DNA from: Phoronis australis
Taxonomy: Eukaryota; Animalia; Phoronida
Length of the DNA: 52,869 nt
Assembly (NCBI GenBank): GCA_002633005.1
Contig: NMRA01000721.1
Coordinates: forward strand, 16,662 to 69,530
Reading direction: 5' to 3'
Below, in pieces: positions 36,701 through 48,614 of the stretch. Position 1 is the stretch's first letter. Each line of letters starts with the position of its first letter. Made by a program: the position numbers and the translations under genes. The notes beneath the pieces were generated by a model. The model worked only from the letters and a program-made list of their open reading frames with translations. It was not told the DNA's origin and searched no databases.

Positions 36701-38532
36701 TCATTTTTTAATTTGTGTTTTTGTGAGTAAGAATCGTTATTACCTGTATGTGTTTAGCCCAGATACAATGCCTCTTGGCTATTTCCGTTAATGAATATTT
36801 TTATTGTACTGAATGATTCATAATAAGAATTAAAAGTGTAACCTTTTTTCTTCAGTCAAAGAAAATCACTTTCTTTCAATATGAACAAAAAGCCAGTAGC
36901 CCCTTTGCCTTATTTTGACCATTGTCCTGAGACGGCAAGCAATAAATGTTGCAGCTTTCAAACCAGTAGGATACTGAACTGGTACAATGTACTGACTATG
37001 TACCCGTAATTATGAGGAGACAATGATTTACTCAGTCTGACTTACATTGGGCCAGATGTTGACGTTCGTCAATATGCGTTTAAAAAAAGAATTTTACTTA
37101 ATCTTACAAAGTACTTCGGAAACAAATATTTAATACCTGACCTCAGATGGTTTAAAATCATTGGACGGTTCATATCTTCCAGGTAAGAAATACACTGCTG
37201 TGAAAATTTTAATTTCCTTGATATTTTAAAAAAAGGACCTCAAGTAAAAAGCATTATTTACTTTCACCAGGAAGAGATAAGCAGGAAGGGACAACTAGCT
37301 AAACCGCCGTTTTTGGCCTCATTCCCCGGACTAATTTCAATACTTAAGTTTCGTTTAAAAGGAAACAGATGATTTTATCAGAGAGATTAAAGCTTTTTCT
37401 ATAGAAGGATATCAAAAAAATCACTTTTCAACCTTAAACAGTGGTGTAATTGTACTTTGAAAATATCGACTTCAGCGCACGCAATCGCAATTTCCCACAC
37501 GCAGTCACGGGTATTTAAGCTTATTCGTCGATGTATAGATGGCGCAGTAGTCAAGTAATACCTCATTTGCATATCTGATTTGCATGTGGGAGTTCTGAGA
37601 CTCTCGTCAGTTTAGTTGTTGTCGACCGCTTGAGTGCATAAAGCGATGACCTGCCGCTGAGAGCACGCGCAATCAGGAGGTAAAAACACTCTCATGACCG
37701 CAGTTCTGAATTCCAGCTAAGCAAGCCCTATTTCGAGGAGCGGATTTGAATTGTTTTCGTCCCCAGACTGTGGATTGCAGAGAAGATTAGAATGAGGTCA
37801 ACATCGATCTTTCTGCGGCTACCTATCGTGTTGAAAGTTTGAATTGTCAGAACCATAGACGGAGCGCGCGGGATGTCTATGATTCCTGTTCTTCAGTTGG
37901 CGAAAAGATTGCTATCGGCATAAAGAATGGCCGTGGGTTATTCATTTTGAGTTGGACACCTGTATCCAAGAATAAATATTAATACCCTGAAATATCTCAC
38001 CCTCCGCGTTTCGTTTCTTTGACGTTGTCTGAGGTTGCGGTATCGTGAAACAGCGCCGTCGGGTGAGAGAAGGTGCACCGAGTAACTGGAATTGGCTGCA
38101 GTTCTTTCCTTTAGAATGCCCGGACTCAACTGTGTCATTTTCTTGGCAAGTCTCTTGCCTGCCGAAATCTTTCTAAGCATTGAAGACCTCGGCCTTTTCC
38201 TGCGCCAATTAACCTTTTATCTGCTACAGAAATATTTTGAGTTCTAAACACGCAAAACGCTCGTTATCCTGGCCAGTGGCACGGAGCCCTATCAGGCCCG
38301 TCGCGGCCGGCCGGATTGACTCGTTATCCCGACCAGTGGTTCTGAAACTGTTCAGACATCACGAACATAAACCGGCCAAAGTTGGAAACTAAACTTCTAT
38401 TAAGGAAATACTATACTAGTGAGCCAAAGTAATGTGCACGTGATTATGTTGGTGAATTAGCCACGAAACTGCAAATCTACTTACTCGTCGGGGCCGCGAA
38501 TTCAGACTCTGCTTTGTCCACAGCACCGTCAG

Positions 38533-38758
38533 CATGCTCACACCCAGGGGGGGCTCGACTTTCTGACATTGTGGACCTTTTGGTAACAAAAAAGCGGGTG
38601 AGCCAAAAAAACGGGGCACCACTGTGAATTGCGCCATTGTGCTTATTTAGAGGACTTTAGTCTCATTTTCTCGGACTTTTTGTTTCCCAGAGGCGGACTT
38701 TTTTGTCCACTTCGCCACTTTGCCCTAGCTCGTTCGAGCCCCCCTGGGTGCGCGCATG
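38533..38758. mobile_element. GC-rich MITE nested in the P-like element
   Basis: CATGCTCACACCCAGGGGGGGCTCGA ... TCGAGCCCCCCTGGGTGCGCGCATG; flanks GTCAG/ATCAG (5-bp TSD, 1 mismatch). Confidence 0.8.
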
Positions 38759-39569
38759 ATCAGGGCAGAAGCTGTACATTGACAATCATTATTTGAATAA
38801 TGTAAATATAAATAAAGATTCCCCTAACACCTGGCCGTGGGATGGAAATCGAGTTGTTTCACAACAGTTGCTGCCATCTAACACTAAATTAGCATGAGCT
38901 CACACGGCCTCGGTGTCCCGTCAATTAGTTTTATTGCACTTAAAGCCGGTAACGCAGGGATTTATTCATTGCTGGCTTCTCAAATCATGTTTGCACTCAG
39001 NNNNNNNNNNNNNNNNNNNNNNNNNNNNNNNNNNNNNNNNNNNNNNNNNNNNNNNNNNNNNNNNNNNNNNNNNNNNNNNNNNNNNNNNNNNNNNNNNNNN
39101 NNNNNNNNNNNNNNNNNNNNNNNNNNNNNNNNNNNNNNNNNNNNNNNNNNNNNNNNNNNNNNNNNNNNNNNNNNNNNNNNNNNNNNNNNNNNNNNNNNNN
39201 NNNNNNNNNNNNNNNNNNNNNNNNNNNNNNNNNNNNNNNNNNNNNNNNNNNNNNNNNNNNNNNNNNNNNNNNNNNNNNNNNNNNNNNNNNNNNNNNNNNN
39301 NNNNNNNNNNNNNNNNNNNNNNNNNNNNNNNNNNNNNNNNNNNNNNNNNNNNNNNNNNNNNNNNNNNNNNNNNNNNNNNNNNNNNNNNNNNNNNNNNNNN
39401 NNNNNNNNNNNNNNNNNNNNNNNNNNNNNNNNNNNNNNNNNNNNNNNNNNNNNNNNNNNNNNNNNNNNNNNNNNNNNNNNNNNNNNNNNNNNNNNNNNNN
39501 NNNNNNNNNNNNNNNNNNNNNNNNNNNNNNNNNNNNNNNNNNNNNNNNNNNNNNNNNNNNNNNTCTCAA

Positions 39570-39677
39570 ATGAATCATGGCGGAGCTGACCAGCGACTAG
39601 CATTAGTTCTTCGAATTGCGCATGAATCATAGCGGAGCTGACCAGCGACTAGCATTAGTTCGTCGAATTGCGCATGC
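39570..39677 (+). repeat. 53-bp tandem duplication
   Basis: ATGAATCATRGCGGAGCTGACCAGCGACTAGCATTAGTTCKTCGAATTGCGC twice, next to the N-gap, so the array may be longer. Confidence 0.85.
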
Positions 39678-40544
39678 ATGGATCGGACTTCCCGGCGACT
39701 CGGACGCCACGACACCTGCCACCCGTGGCGGGAGCAGCTTATTTCTTGACTAACACCTGCTTCTAAATCTGGATTTAAGCAAAATGACAAAGTCCACGCT
39801 TACACATATGCAAGCGTTTCCAAATACAATTAAATGTATTTTCATGCGAGTTCTTAATTTTCTTAGATCTGCCCAATCAGGTAGAACTGCGTTTCAAGTC
39901 ATTCGCTATAGGCACCGGAGGGCTCAAATTGGAAGTTCGCGTCGTATGACATCGTATGACGTCATATGACGTAGGAGATGCGAGGCTCATTTGCATATAT
40001 AAGTGACATCTGTTGGTTAAAAAAAGAGGATCATGCCCGAGTACATGGCTGGGAAGAGGCATCTTTTTAAGGGTAAAACAAGTCATGTTCAAAGCATCCT
40101 AGTGCCATTAATATGCAGTGTTTGGGGACCAAAGTGGTGTCATTTTATAGCTAAAGAGTTAATCTTTCGAACACAATGCTTGGATTCCAGACGACTTTAA
40201 CATTTACTTTTGAAATCACTTTTGAATATCCGTTAAAATGCGCTAAAACAGTTGTCCCTTCCTGGTTATCTCTTCCTGCTTTCACTTCATTCAAGTTCGA
40301 AGACAACGCAGTTAGAAATATTTACATTTTCCTAAAATTCGGTCCCAAAACTACTGTAGCATTTGTTCCTAATAATACTATGAAAGGTTATCTTCAGCTT
40401 AGCGAAAATTACCGCTTTTGTAAACATCTTGTAGCAGGAGACTGAATAATTCTGCCACGTGGTTGATAACAAATTTATCTTTAGTTTTATTTCTTTAAAC
40501 GTGTTCTCTATACATTTTGTTTCGTCTTTCTTTCCATTAGACTT

Positions 40545-40740
40545 TGTGAACTAACAGTCGCATGGAAAGAGGTTTCGGTGAACCCCATGAGCGTAAGATG
40601 TTACGGTATGCAGAACTAGCAACATAAATCCAGGGTAAAGAAAACAGCTGTGAACTGGTCGCTGGTGTGAATCATTCCAGGAAAGTGGTCAGAAAGTGCG
40701 GATAGAAGGATGTGGAGGGCAGCACATGGATTATGCCTAC
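40545..40740 (+). pseudogene. HERO/R2-group LINE restriction-like endonuclease relic
   Basis: ELTVAW/ERGFGEPHERKMLRYAELAT*IQGKENSCELVA...RKVVRK...GSTWI resembles ELTVPWE...EAHERK..KY.EL of the RLE domain. Confidence 0.65.
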
Positions 40741-41667
40741 GTGTAAGTACCGTGTCCGGTATTTATTAAAATTATTAGGATTTTATGGTTAACTGCAACA
40801 CAACTACATCGACCCGCTGCTGGGGTCTCACCAAGTGGAGTGATTTTGAGCCTAATGGGCCGAAATATTGAGGAAGCACAGCGCTCAGCTGATGATTGCA
40901 ATTGGCCGTGGAACACAACCATGTATCTTTGTGTATTTAATTCGTCTTCTCTTCTATTGACAGTTGCAAATGGTCGTTCTGGAAATTGTGTCTCAAAAAT
41001 TCCGCGAAAGCATGATTACCAATTGTAGGATCGAAGCACGCCTGACAATTAAAATTAAAAAAGTACACAGTTGCATGTATTTTGTGGTGAGAGGTTTATT
41101 AAAGACACTCAGACAAAAATGTTGCTAAGCTACGCAACACAATAAACCAAGCATACATGTACATGTTCTCATTGTGTCCACTACACCAGCTATGTACAGA
41201 CAATGGAACAATGCAGCCCATGGGTGTTCACAACAATACATTCACATACACATGTGTACAAATGTAACTTGAAAAGCAGCTCTACCGACTTTGCGTGTAC
41301 AAAACAACATACTAAATTTAAAGCGATGTGGTTACCACGCAAAATGTGACTTCTTCAGGCATTGCATTTTCAAGAAATATACCAGTTATCTGTGTCCATA
41401 TCAATGCATGACCAGCGACGTTGATACAAGTTACCCAATGTACTAACTGCACACGCTGTCCTGACACAAACGGATTTATATCCCAGACATGTCTATACGG
41501 AGTTACATTAGATAAGTTCTCTTCATCTAGTTCTGGCCTGCACTAAAGTATATCTCTTTCCAGTGCATGAGTTACAAACAATACTAGCTGTACATTCAAG
41601 CTTGGCCAACACTACCTAATATCAGTCACCACTACATGTAAACGGAATTACATGAGGTATTTGCTGG

Positions 41668-42379
41668 TGTCACGCTTTCCCCGTGTGTGGGTGGGCGCAG
41701 GTTGTTACAGACCGGTGCTAATAGCTTTCGGTGCGATGATCGACTGAAGACTGGTTCGAGTTAATCTTTTATTAATCCCGACCGTGCGTTCACATGCCTA
41801 CTCAAACAAAACGTCCGACGTAATGTCTGTTTATGCTCCAGCCAGTGATTCGAAGCCTTGACTTGTGTTGAACTTCTGAGACACGTTCAGCAAGTGTTAC
41901 ACTCATTGATTCAATAATCTGCTGTCTCTATAGCTGGCTCTCTATTGACTATTGCTGTAACTGCTGATTCTCTTCACTGCAACTCAACTGTAGTTCTCCT
42001 GATTAACATTCTTGAACTGGCTTTATCTCACTTGATCTCCCGACTTGATCTTCCGAATTGATCTTGGACTCAACTGACTAACACAAACCCCGTGCTTGTG
42101 TATTTATAGCCTAATGCATTGTTCTAGAACTTTCCATCAATTCTAGCACATACCAGAACTTTCTGAAACCTACCCAATCATTCTAAAAACATGTACTAGT
42201 CTCTAGAGTATACCAGACTGCATTAATCACTGTCATGCTAGAGTCTTCTAGAAAGTTCCACACTATACTGCAGTAAACAAATTACATCATCACTGTACTT
42301 AATTCAGGGGTCATGCCAATCAAACAGAATAACAAAACAAAACAAGCAACTAAAAATACTGTCAGACTATATTCTGACA
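41668..42379 (-). mobile_element. Solo LTR (712 bp)
   Basis: TGTCA...TGACA termini and 5-bp TSD GCTGG (41663-67, 42380-84). On the minus strand, in U3-R-U5 order: TATAAATA (about 42101-42108), TCAGTT Inr (about 42072-42077), AATAAA (about 41768-41773). Confidence 0.9.
42070..42262 (-). promoter_or_regulatory. Heat-shock element cluster + TATA + Inr in the LTR U3
   Basis: Two perfect 3-unit HSEs (TTCtaGAActTTC near 42122; TTCtaGAAagTTC near 42247) plus partial sites just upstream of the TATA box. Confidence 0.7.
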
Positions 42380-42444
42380 GCTGGACACGTGTTCAGAAAA
42401 TACCTTATGTAACTCCGGGTACCCAGTCCTGGTGTGGAGCAGCG

Positions 42445-42639
42445 CAGGGTATTAGCCAGGAATTTGCACGTCCGACAATTGCACCCTGGTACTGCCAAAT
42501 CGAATCTATGAGATTTCAAGGGGGTATGGCCGCCTTGCCACCCCCTTATATTCCCCACTGCACCCCCGTACTGCCAACTGGAATCTAGGAGACATCAGGA
42601 AGCTACGGCCCCCTTGCTCCCCAATCTCATCCGCCACTG
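42445..42639. mobile_element. Degenerate GC-rich MITE
   Basis: CAGGGTATTAGCCAGG ... ATCCGCCACTG; flanks CAGCG / (C)CAACG. Confidence 0.55.
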
Positions 42640-44466
42640 CCAACGTATTACCCAATTTCTTCTAGCACTACCTTACGTAGATAGCGTGTGCATTTTGCAA
42701 ATGTCTTTGAAATAATTGCTTACCATTGAGACGTTCATGTGTTGAATGTGTCATTGTGTTGATGTACAATGTAAACTCTAAGCATAATTCATTCAGGGCA
42801 TGTGATTTCAAACATCTCCTGATGAGCTATGATGTCATTTCTGACAAGAGTTCTTTGAATCTGCACTATAAAATTATTGCTGAGTGAGGTAGGGTTTTAG
42901 AATTTCATGTTTTATAAAATCATACAAATAAATGCCTTACATATAAATACACAAAACGTACCGTGACTGGAGTACATGAAGTAATATCCCACTAGACATT
43001 ATTCCGCTTATCGACCGAGACTGACTTATCCCATAAGCTCAAATTCCTAAGTTCTTACATTTTTGCAGATTTTTTAAGTATATCACCCAGACTGTTCACA
43101 GGGCGGATTAAATATGTATGTACTTGCGCGGTAGGTTGCAAGTTTCCCTTGTAAAAGAAAGAGTTTAAAAGTACCGATTTATTTCTTGAAAAGAGGTAAA
43201 AAAGATGAAAACAACGCCACCTTTGCAGTGAACTTGTAACATCTGAATACAGTTAAAAAACAACAATATTTGATTTTGTAGTTTCCTAGAAATCGGCGCT
43301 TGAGTTGCAGACGTTGTAGTATTTAACAATTGAAAACTGAGACATGAATGATTACAATTAACAGCTTTGTTCCAGATCTTACGTTAAGGGCCTGATTACA
43401 TGTCGAGTGTCAGTTACACTGCCGCAACTGTATTACTTTAAATTCGGAAAGTTTGATGATCGAACCGGCTGAAGACGTCGAGTCAACATTGACCTAGCTT
43501 TTGAACTTTCCATGTCAGAGATCACTGTTGAAGTAGTGCGGGAGGTGAATACGGAAAGCTTTAAATGGTCGTATCTCCCTCGATAGATTCAACGCGTATG
43601 GGATTAATACTAAGTGACGTAGACATTTAGAATCCCATGTTTCCTAAAATCATATAAATAGATGCTTTACATATAGTATTATGTCGCGAAATCACTGTAT
43701 TCAGTGCAGTATCAAGAATTATCACTGAATGAATTAATGCGTTTGCCTCCATTGTACGCATGGGCACTATTCTAAGTTGGTTACATTCCATTGCGAGGAT
43801 TAACTGTAAGCAGAAACTTAAGTTTATTAATCGAAAGTTGGAGACTTGCGTTAGTTCGACTGGAAAGTGGGGTTTGAATTAAATTGCGTTATCTCACTTG
43901 TAAATCTGCAATGTGTCTCTCGCTCCGTTGTGTTGGTTGTTGTGCCCTCTGACGGATGTTCAGCGCGATACACGTCACCTATACAACACAGGAACAGTTA
44001 GTAATATTAACATTCACATTAGTTCTAACACATCTGCCTCCGTGCGTGGTTTGCAAAAACACCTGCGTTACCTTGAACAGGATTGGGCTTATCCCCATAG
44101 AAGACGCATGCGGAACAATGCCATCACACTACAAACGTCTAATCTATCGCGGTTGCCACCTTACATCCGCCCCGCGTCCTGTGCCCCTAATTTCCCTCCG
44201 TGGCACTTATCCCAAAACCAATCTTTCCCTGCTTGCCGCCCACTCTCGCACCCATTTTCCTCGCCCTTGGGCAACTCTGATAGTCGGGTGGCTTCGTTTA
44301 CAAAGCACCACTCTGTGAGCAGTGACAGTAACGAAAAACTCTTCAAGCCAGTAACATATTTGCAAAGAAAGATTAACTTTGAATGGTAAATATCCCTCGG
44401 TGGACACAATTCCAACCCTCCCTCAGTCATCCTCTTGCACATCAGGTTTCGCAGTCCCATCCAAGC

Positions 44467-45030
44467 CTACATGTTACCCCGACAGTGTCGCAGCGTTTGG
44501 TCATTCTCTAGGTTTACTCTCTTTTTCAGGGTATGGTTTTCCTCTAGATTCAGTGCCTGTCGCAGTGTTTGGTTATTCTCTAGGTTTACTCTCTTTTTCA
44601 GGGTCCGGTTTTCCTCTAGATTTACTGCCTGTCGCAGTGTTTGGTCATTCTCTAGGTTTACTCTCTTTTTCAGGGTGTGGTTTTCCTCTCGATTTACTGG
44701 CTGTCGCAGAGTTTTGACATCCTCTAGAATTACTGTCTGTCGCAGGGTTTGGTCATCCTCTAGATTTACTGTCTGTCTCATGGTTTGGTCATCCTCTAGA
44801 ATTACTGTCTGTCGCAGGGTTTGGTCATCCTCTAAATTTTCTGTCTGTGGCATGGTTTGGTCATCCTCTAGGTTTACTGTCTGCTGCAGGGTTTCCTCAT
44901 CCTGTAGATCTACTCTCTGTCGCTTCGTTTGGTCAACTTCTAGGTTTACTGTCTGTCGGATGGTTTGCTCATTGCTTAGACTCACTGTAGATCCAGCATC
45001 GCCATTTTCAATATTAAGAAAGCTCAGATT
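44467..45030 (-). CDS. Repeat-rich ORF (EDDQTLRQTVNL)n; possible exon or pseudogene
   Basis: Open for more than 170 codons with hydrophilic 12- and 19-aa repeats; no upstream in-frame ATG and no recognisable domain. Confidence 0.35.
   Translation of the reverse strand, partial: NLSFLNIENGDAGSTVSLSNEQTIRQTVNLEVDQTKRQRVDLQDEETLQQTVNLEDDQTMPQTENLEDDQTLRQTVILEDDQTMRQTVNLEDDQTLRQTVILEDVKTLRQPVNREENHTLKKRVNLENDQTLRQAVNLEENRTLKKRVNLENNQTLRQALNLEENHTLKKRVNLENDQTLRHCRGNM
44485..44965. repeat. Compound minisatellite with 57-bp and 36-bp units
   Basis: About 4 x 57 bp followed by about 7 x 36 bp, sharing the core CTGTCGCAG.GTTTGGTCAT.CTCTAG.TTTACT. Confidence 0.92.
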
Positions 45031-47929
45031 TCTCAGATTAATTTAATACTTCTCACTGGTAAAGTGGTGCGTTGGAGGTCATTTCGAGATAGCCGATATA
45101 AAGTTAATTTTTCACCAATTTCCAGGTTGATTTTATCGTTATAGGCCTACGTTTTAACAGAGAAAACAAAAAAGTAAAGTGACAGTTTATAACGACTGAT
45201 GCTATCTATGTTAATTTCTGTTCAATCATTACTTTTCTGTCTCTGACAGTTCGGTGCATCTGCAAGGAATGAAGCTCATTGTCACGTTCACTTGGTTCGG
45301 TACCGTGGACAATGAAGACCGGGCAACAGAGAACCGCAGTTGATGCCTCACAACTAGGGCATCTAACGGTAAAAATGTGAAACTTAAACTTTGGGAAATA
45401 CCAAGGAAACGGTGTTGTTGAAGGGTGAACTTTTCATTTAAAGCTTTTTGTGCCACAAATGTTGTGTATTCGGTGACTTTAATGAGGTTTTTTAATGTGA
45501 GGCAAAATACAATACTTTCGTTGTTGAGGGCTGGAACTTCCCTTTAAAGTCACATTTGAAAACACTGAAATTATGTAAAATATGCCAAATTTGTTGTTCT
45601 TCCTAGCAAATCTGTACTTCGGAATATCTATTTTTATAAGTCAGATCTCATACCTCAGCAAGAGGAACAGTTTTATAACAAGATGAGCTCAAAGTCAAAG
45701 TTTCTGTATTTTGATGGCCAAAGCTTGGCGAAGTGCCACTTTACGGTTACGTAAGACGTCGCTTTTATATTTTTTCTCAGTATTTAATACCTTTGTGTTT
45801 GAATGGCTTACCTTCGTTTTTAGTTCAATTGAAAACTGACATCTTGCTTGAAAACGTGCATAAAATAAAAACATGAGTTCCCAAACCCGCTTGAAGATTT
45901 GTTTACTACTATCAAAGTTAAAAATGTCAAAGGGGTCACTGAATTTGAATCTCTCTCCGTGCGTAGAGCACTTCTGTTTGCACTTAAAGTCCTTTCATTC
46001 GCCATAATATTCCATCAACGAAGTGTTCATAAGAAAGAAAGACGCCACAGGAAAAGAAGGAAAGCGTAATTTTGACCCTGAGAGAATTGTGCATCTTCGT
46101 ACATACGGCCGTTGAGAAAGAATGCACCGAAATAGAGTCGCTGTGACCGTGTTTGAGTTAGTGTTTGCGTATACAGCAAGCTGTGAAAAAAGTACATCTC
46201 CACAAAATCTGTGAATTTCATCAGTAGATTGAAGTTTCGCTGTATCCATGTCGCGCGCAGGATATAATGTTTTTCGTTTTGTGGTTGGTTATATAATTTC
46301 AGTTTCACCGGCGCGTGAAAATGTCATTTTTAGCCAGTGCGCTAATATCGTACCGGTGTTACGACTGGGTATGATACTTTACCACGCTCGTGTGCCATTT
46401 TAAGAAAAAAACTCTTGGGGACCGTTTCATGCAGTTTTCGTACAGGCAATGTTTAAAAAAGTGTCGTCATCATGACATCGATTGTTAGATGCAGTGTTAA
46501 GTATGAATATTTAGATACATGTATCGTGCAGAAAAAACAAATTTTGTTATACACGACATGTACACCCTTATCGCCTTCTAATCCGGTAATTCAAGACCAA
46601 CAGAAGATTTGCAAATTGTTTTTTCACTATTTTGAGCTCACCATCTTCATCCGAACTGAGGAGCGCAAGTTATAGAAAACGTTTCGGTTTACTTTATTAT
46701 AACAATGAATTCAATCTCAAATACGCCGTTTGTATGTTATTGTCCTAATTTTACAGAACTGTGCGATAGACAAACACATCCACTGTTAAAAAAACGCCTA
46801 ACCTGGCCTTATATTTTAAAAGCTAATTTGGGGATAGAAACTACACTAAATAACTAATCGAATTGATAACAAAGTTTGAGAGAGGCATCTGTATGTTTTT
46901 ATTAAAACGTTTCATTAAAATCGAGGGTATTTGTGCTATAAATATGTACCTTCATTCAACATGAAAATTTGACTTCTATGTAAAAGAGTGCCCGGGTTCT
47001 TATAACAATGACTCGTGGTTTTTTTATCATCCTTGACCCTTCTTTTTCATAAATAATACGTATTTACCGGTTGATATCCTGGTATATGATTTTGAAATAA
47101 CGCTTCAATAAGCTCTTATGTCCTACATAACCTTAAATGAAGTCATGAAGATATGACAATCGGTGTTTTCACCAGCCCGCAAATACGCAGTAGATTTTGG
47201 GGCCATAATTGAGTCCTTATTTGGGACTGTTTCATGCAACCGGGCTTTGAGGTCAAGCTGAACTTGTTACAAGAAAACAACAAATTGTGACTGAACTTTT
47301 AACGTTTGAAAACAAGCAAATGCTGTTTTGTTATGCTAGTGACAAATCTGGAACTAGTTTTAAAAGGTTATTTGTTAGCTGTATTGTTAACCGCCCGCCG
47401 ATAGCTTACAGAATTTACGTTTGATCAATGTTGCAATTTGCCAGCTACGCTGCATTTAGCTGTACTGTTCACAAGTCGCCTAACATTCCTACATAGATGC
47501 AACCCACCACATCATCGATGCCCTCCGAACTGAGTGTTGTGTCTATTATGGGTATACGTAATTGACATATGCCTGACACGATGTTGCTAAAGCCGGTTGT
47601 TTATATTGTATCTATTCTCTCAATGAACCCAAAAAACATACGTCAGACAAGAAAACGGTGTTCTTCCTAATTCAATCCTAAAATGTGGCGTTCACACAAG
47701 TCTGTAGTAATAAAGACCACTTTAAGTTTAATCATTTCAAAATTGCATGGATGTTTGATATTGTCGATTGTGAATGAGTGCGTCCCAATGTCTGTTTCAA
47801 GAGATGAAATTGAGGCTAGAAGTAGGAAAAATACATTATTCTATTTTGACTGAGTCAAAGTACAGATTATCGAATAATAAAAAAATATGATTATTATTTA
47901 TACATGCATACTGGTTCAAGATACCTAAA

Positions 47930-48130
47930 CTACACGGTTAACGGACTCAATAAACACGGTCACGGACGCATGAACACGACTCACGTATCTGCTAACACCG
48001 TCCACTGACTCACAAACACTAGAACGGATTCGCAAAACACGATTCATTCATCCAAATACATGGGACACGGACTCACATTCACCAGAAACATGGTTAACGG
48101 ACCCCCAAACACGGGTAACGTACTCATTGG
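47930..48130 (+). repeat. Degenerate ~20-bp ACACGG/GACTCA repeat tract
   Basis: Recurrent AACACGG..ACGGACTCA motifs. Confidence 0.55.
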
Positions 48131-48606
48131 CTTTCTGGGTTAGCTGACATCTAAATTGTGTCCGCAAACCGTGTTTGGCTTAATGATAATTGTGGAAGGA
48201 TTCAATTCCTTGGAGCCCTTCAAACGTTTGCAAAATGGCCTTGGGAAGTCTACGTTTAAAAGAAAAGTAAACGACATCCTACTATTTGCTTGAACTAAAA
48301 TACCTGTGCAGTTCAAAGGATAAACGTACTAATTAATTATCACCGCGCTGTTAACTTCAGTCGAAGGGGAAACGAAATGCATCCTTTTCAGCTTCAAAAC
48401 ATTTCATGTAGACATGAACAGGTTTTCAGACGAAGAATCATGTGCAGTTCAATGTCACTCAAGCGAAGATTTTGTATTCGATCACGTTGTCAAGGGGCTG
48501 CGTGATGTCACGCATGACGTTGATGGTCCACTGTATGGTCATTTTCCACCAGAGCAACACAGTGAACGTTATGTCAAGCTGGGACTGGCGTCAGTGGTTG
48601 GGACAT

Positions 48607-48614
48607 TTATTCAC
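48607..48614 (-). CDS. Putative terminal coding exon of the DED gene (G-E-stop)
   Basis: ttttcag|GT GAA TAA; the phase-1 acceptor matches the upstream exon. Confidence 0.5.

Larger units (their letters stand above)
37268..40278. mobile_element. Non-autonomous P-element-like DNA transposon
   Basis: 29-bp TIR CAGGAAGAGATAA(G/C)CAGGAAGGGACAACT with one mismatch; 7-bp TSD CTTTCAC (37261-67, 40279-85). Superfamily inferred from the CA terminus and 7-bp TSD. Confidence 0.8.
41370..42700 (-). pseudogene. Probable EnSpm/CACTA transposase C-terminal relic, split by a solo LTR and a MITE
   Basis: With the insertions removed it reads S.GSARRNWVI...IRYFL...VYM*W...CRPELDEENLSNVTPYRHVW; AATAAA on the minus strand near 41095. 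Confidence 0.4.

Noticed and set aside
38894-39632. Long ORFs here and at 2869-3199, 27956-28231 and 34202-34923
   Set aside because: Artefacts of translating through N-gaps.
41703-42286. Shorter LTR boundaries (TGTTAC...ATTACA)
   Set aside because: No TSD; 41668-42379 gives TGTCA/TGACA termini with a perfect GCTGG duplication.
43950-44450. Fanzor/TnpB-like nuclease (CSAC motif)
   Set aside because: No RuvC motifs (D.G, E, RD.NA) in any frame.
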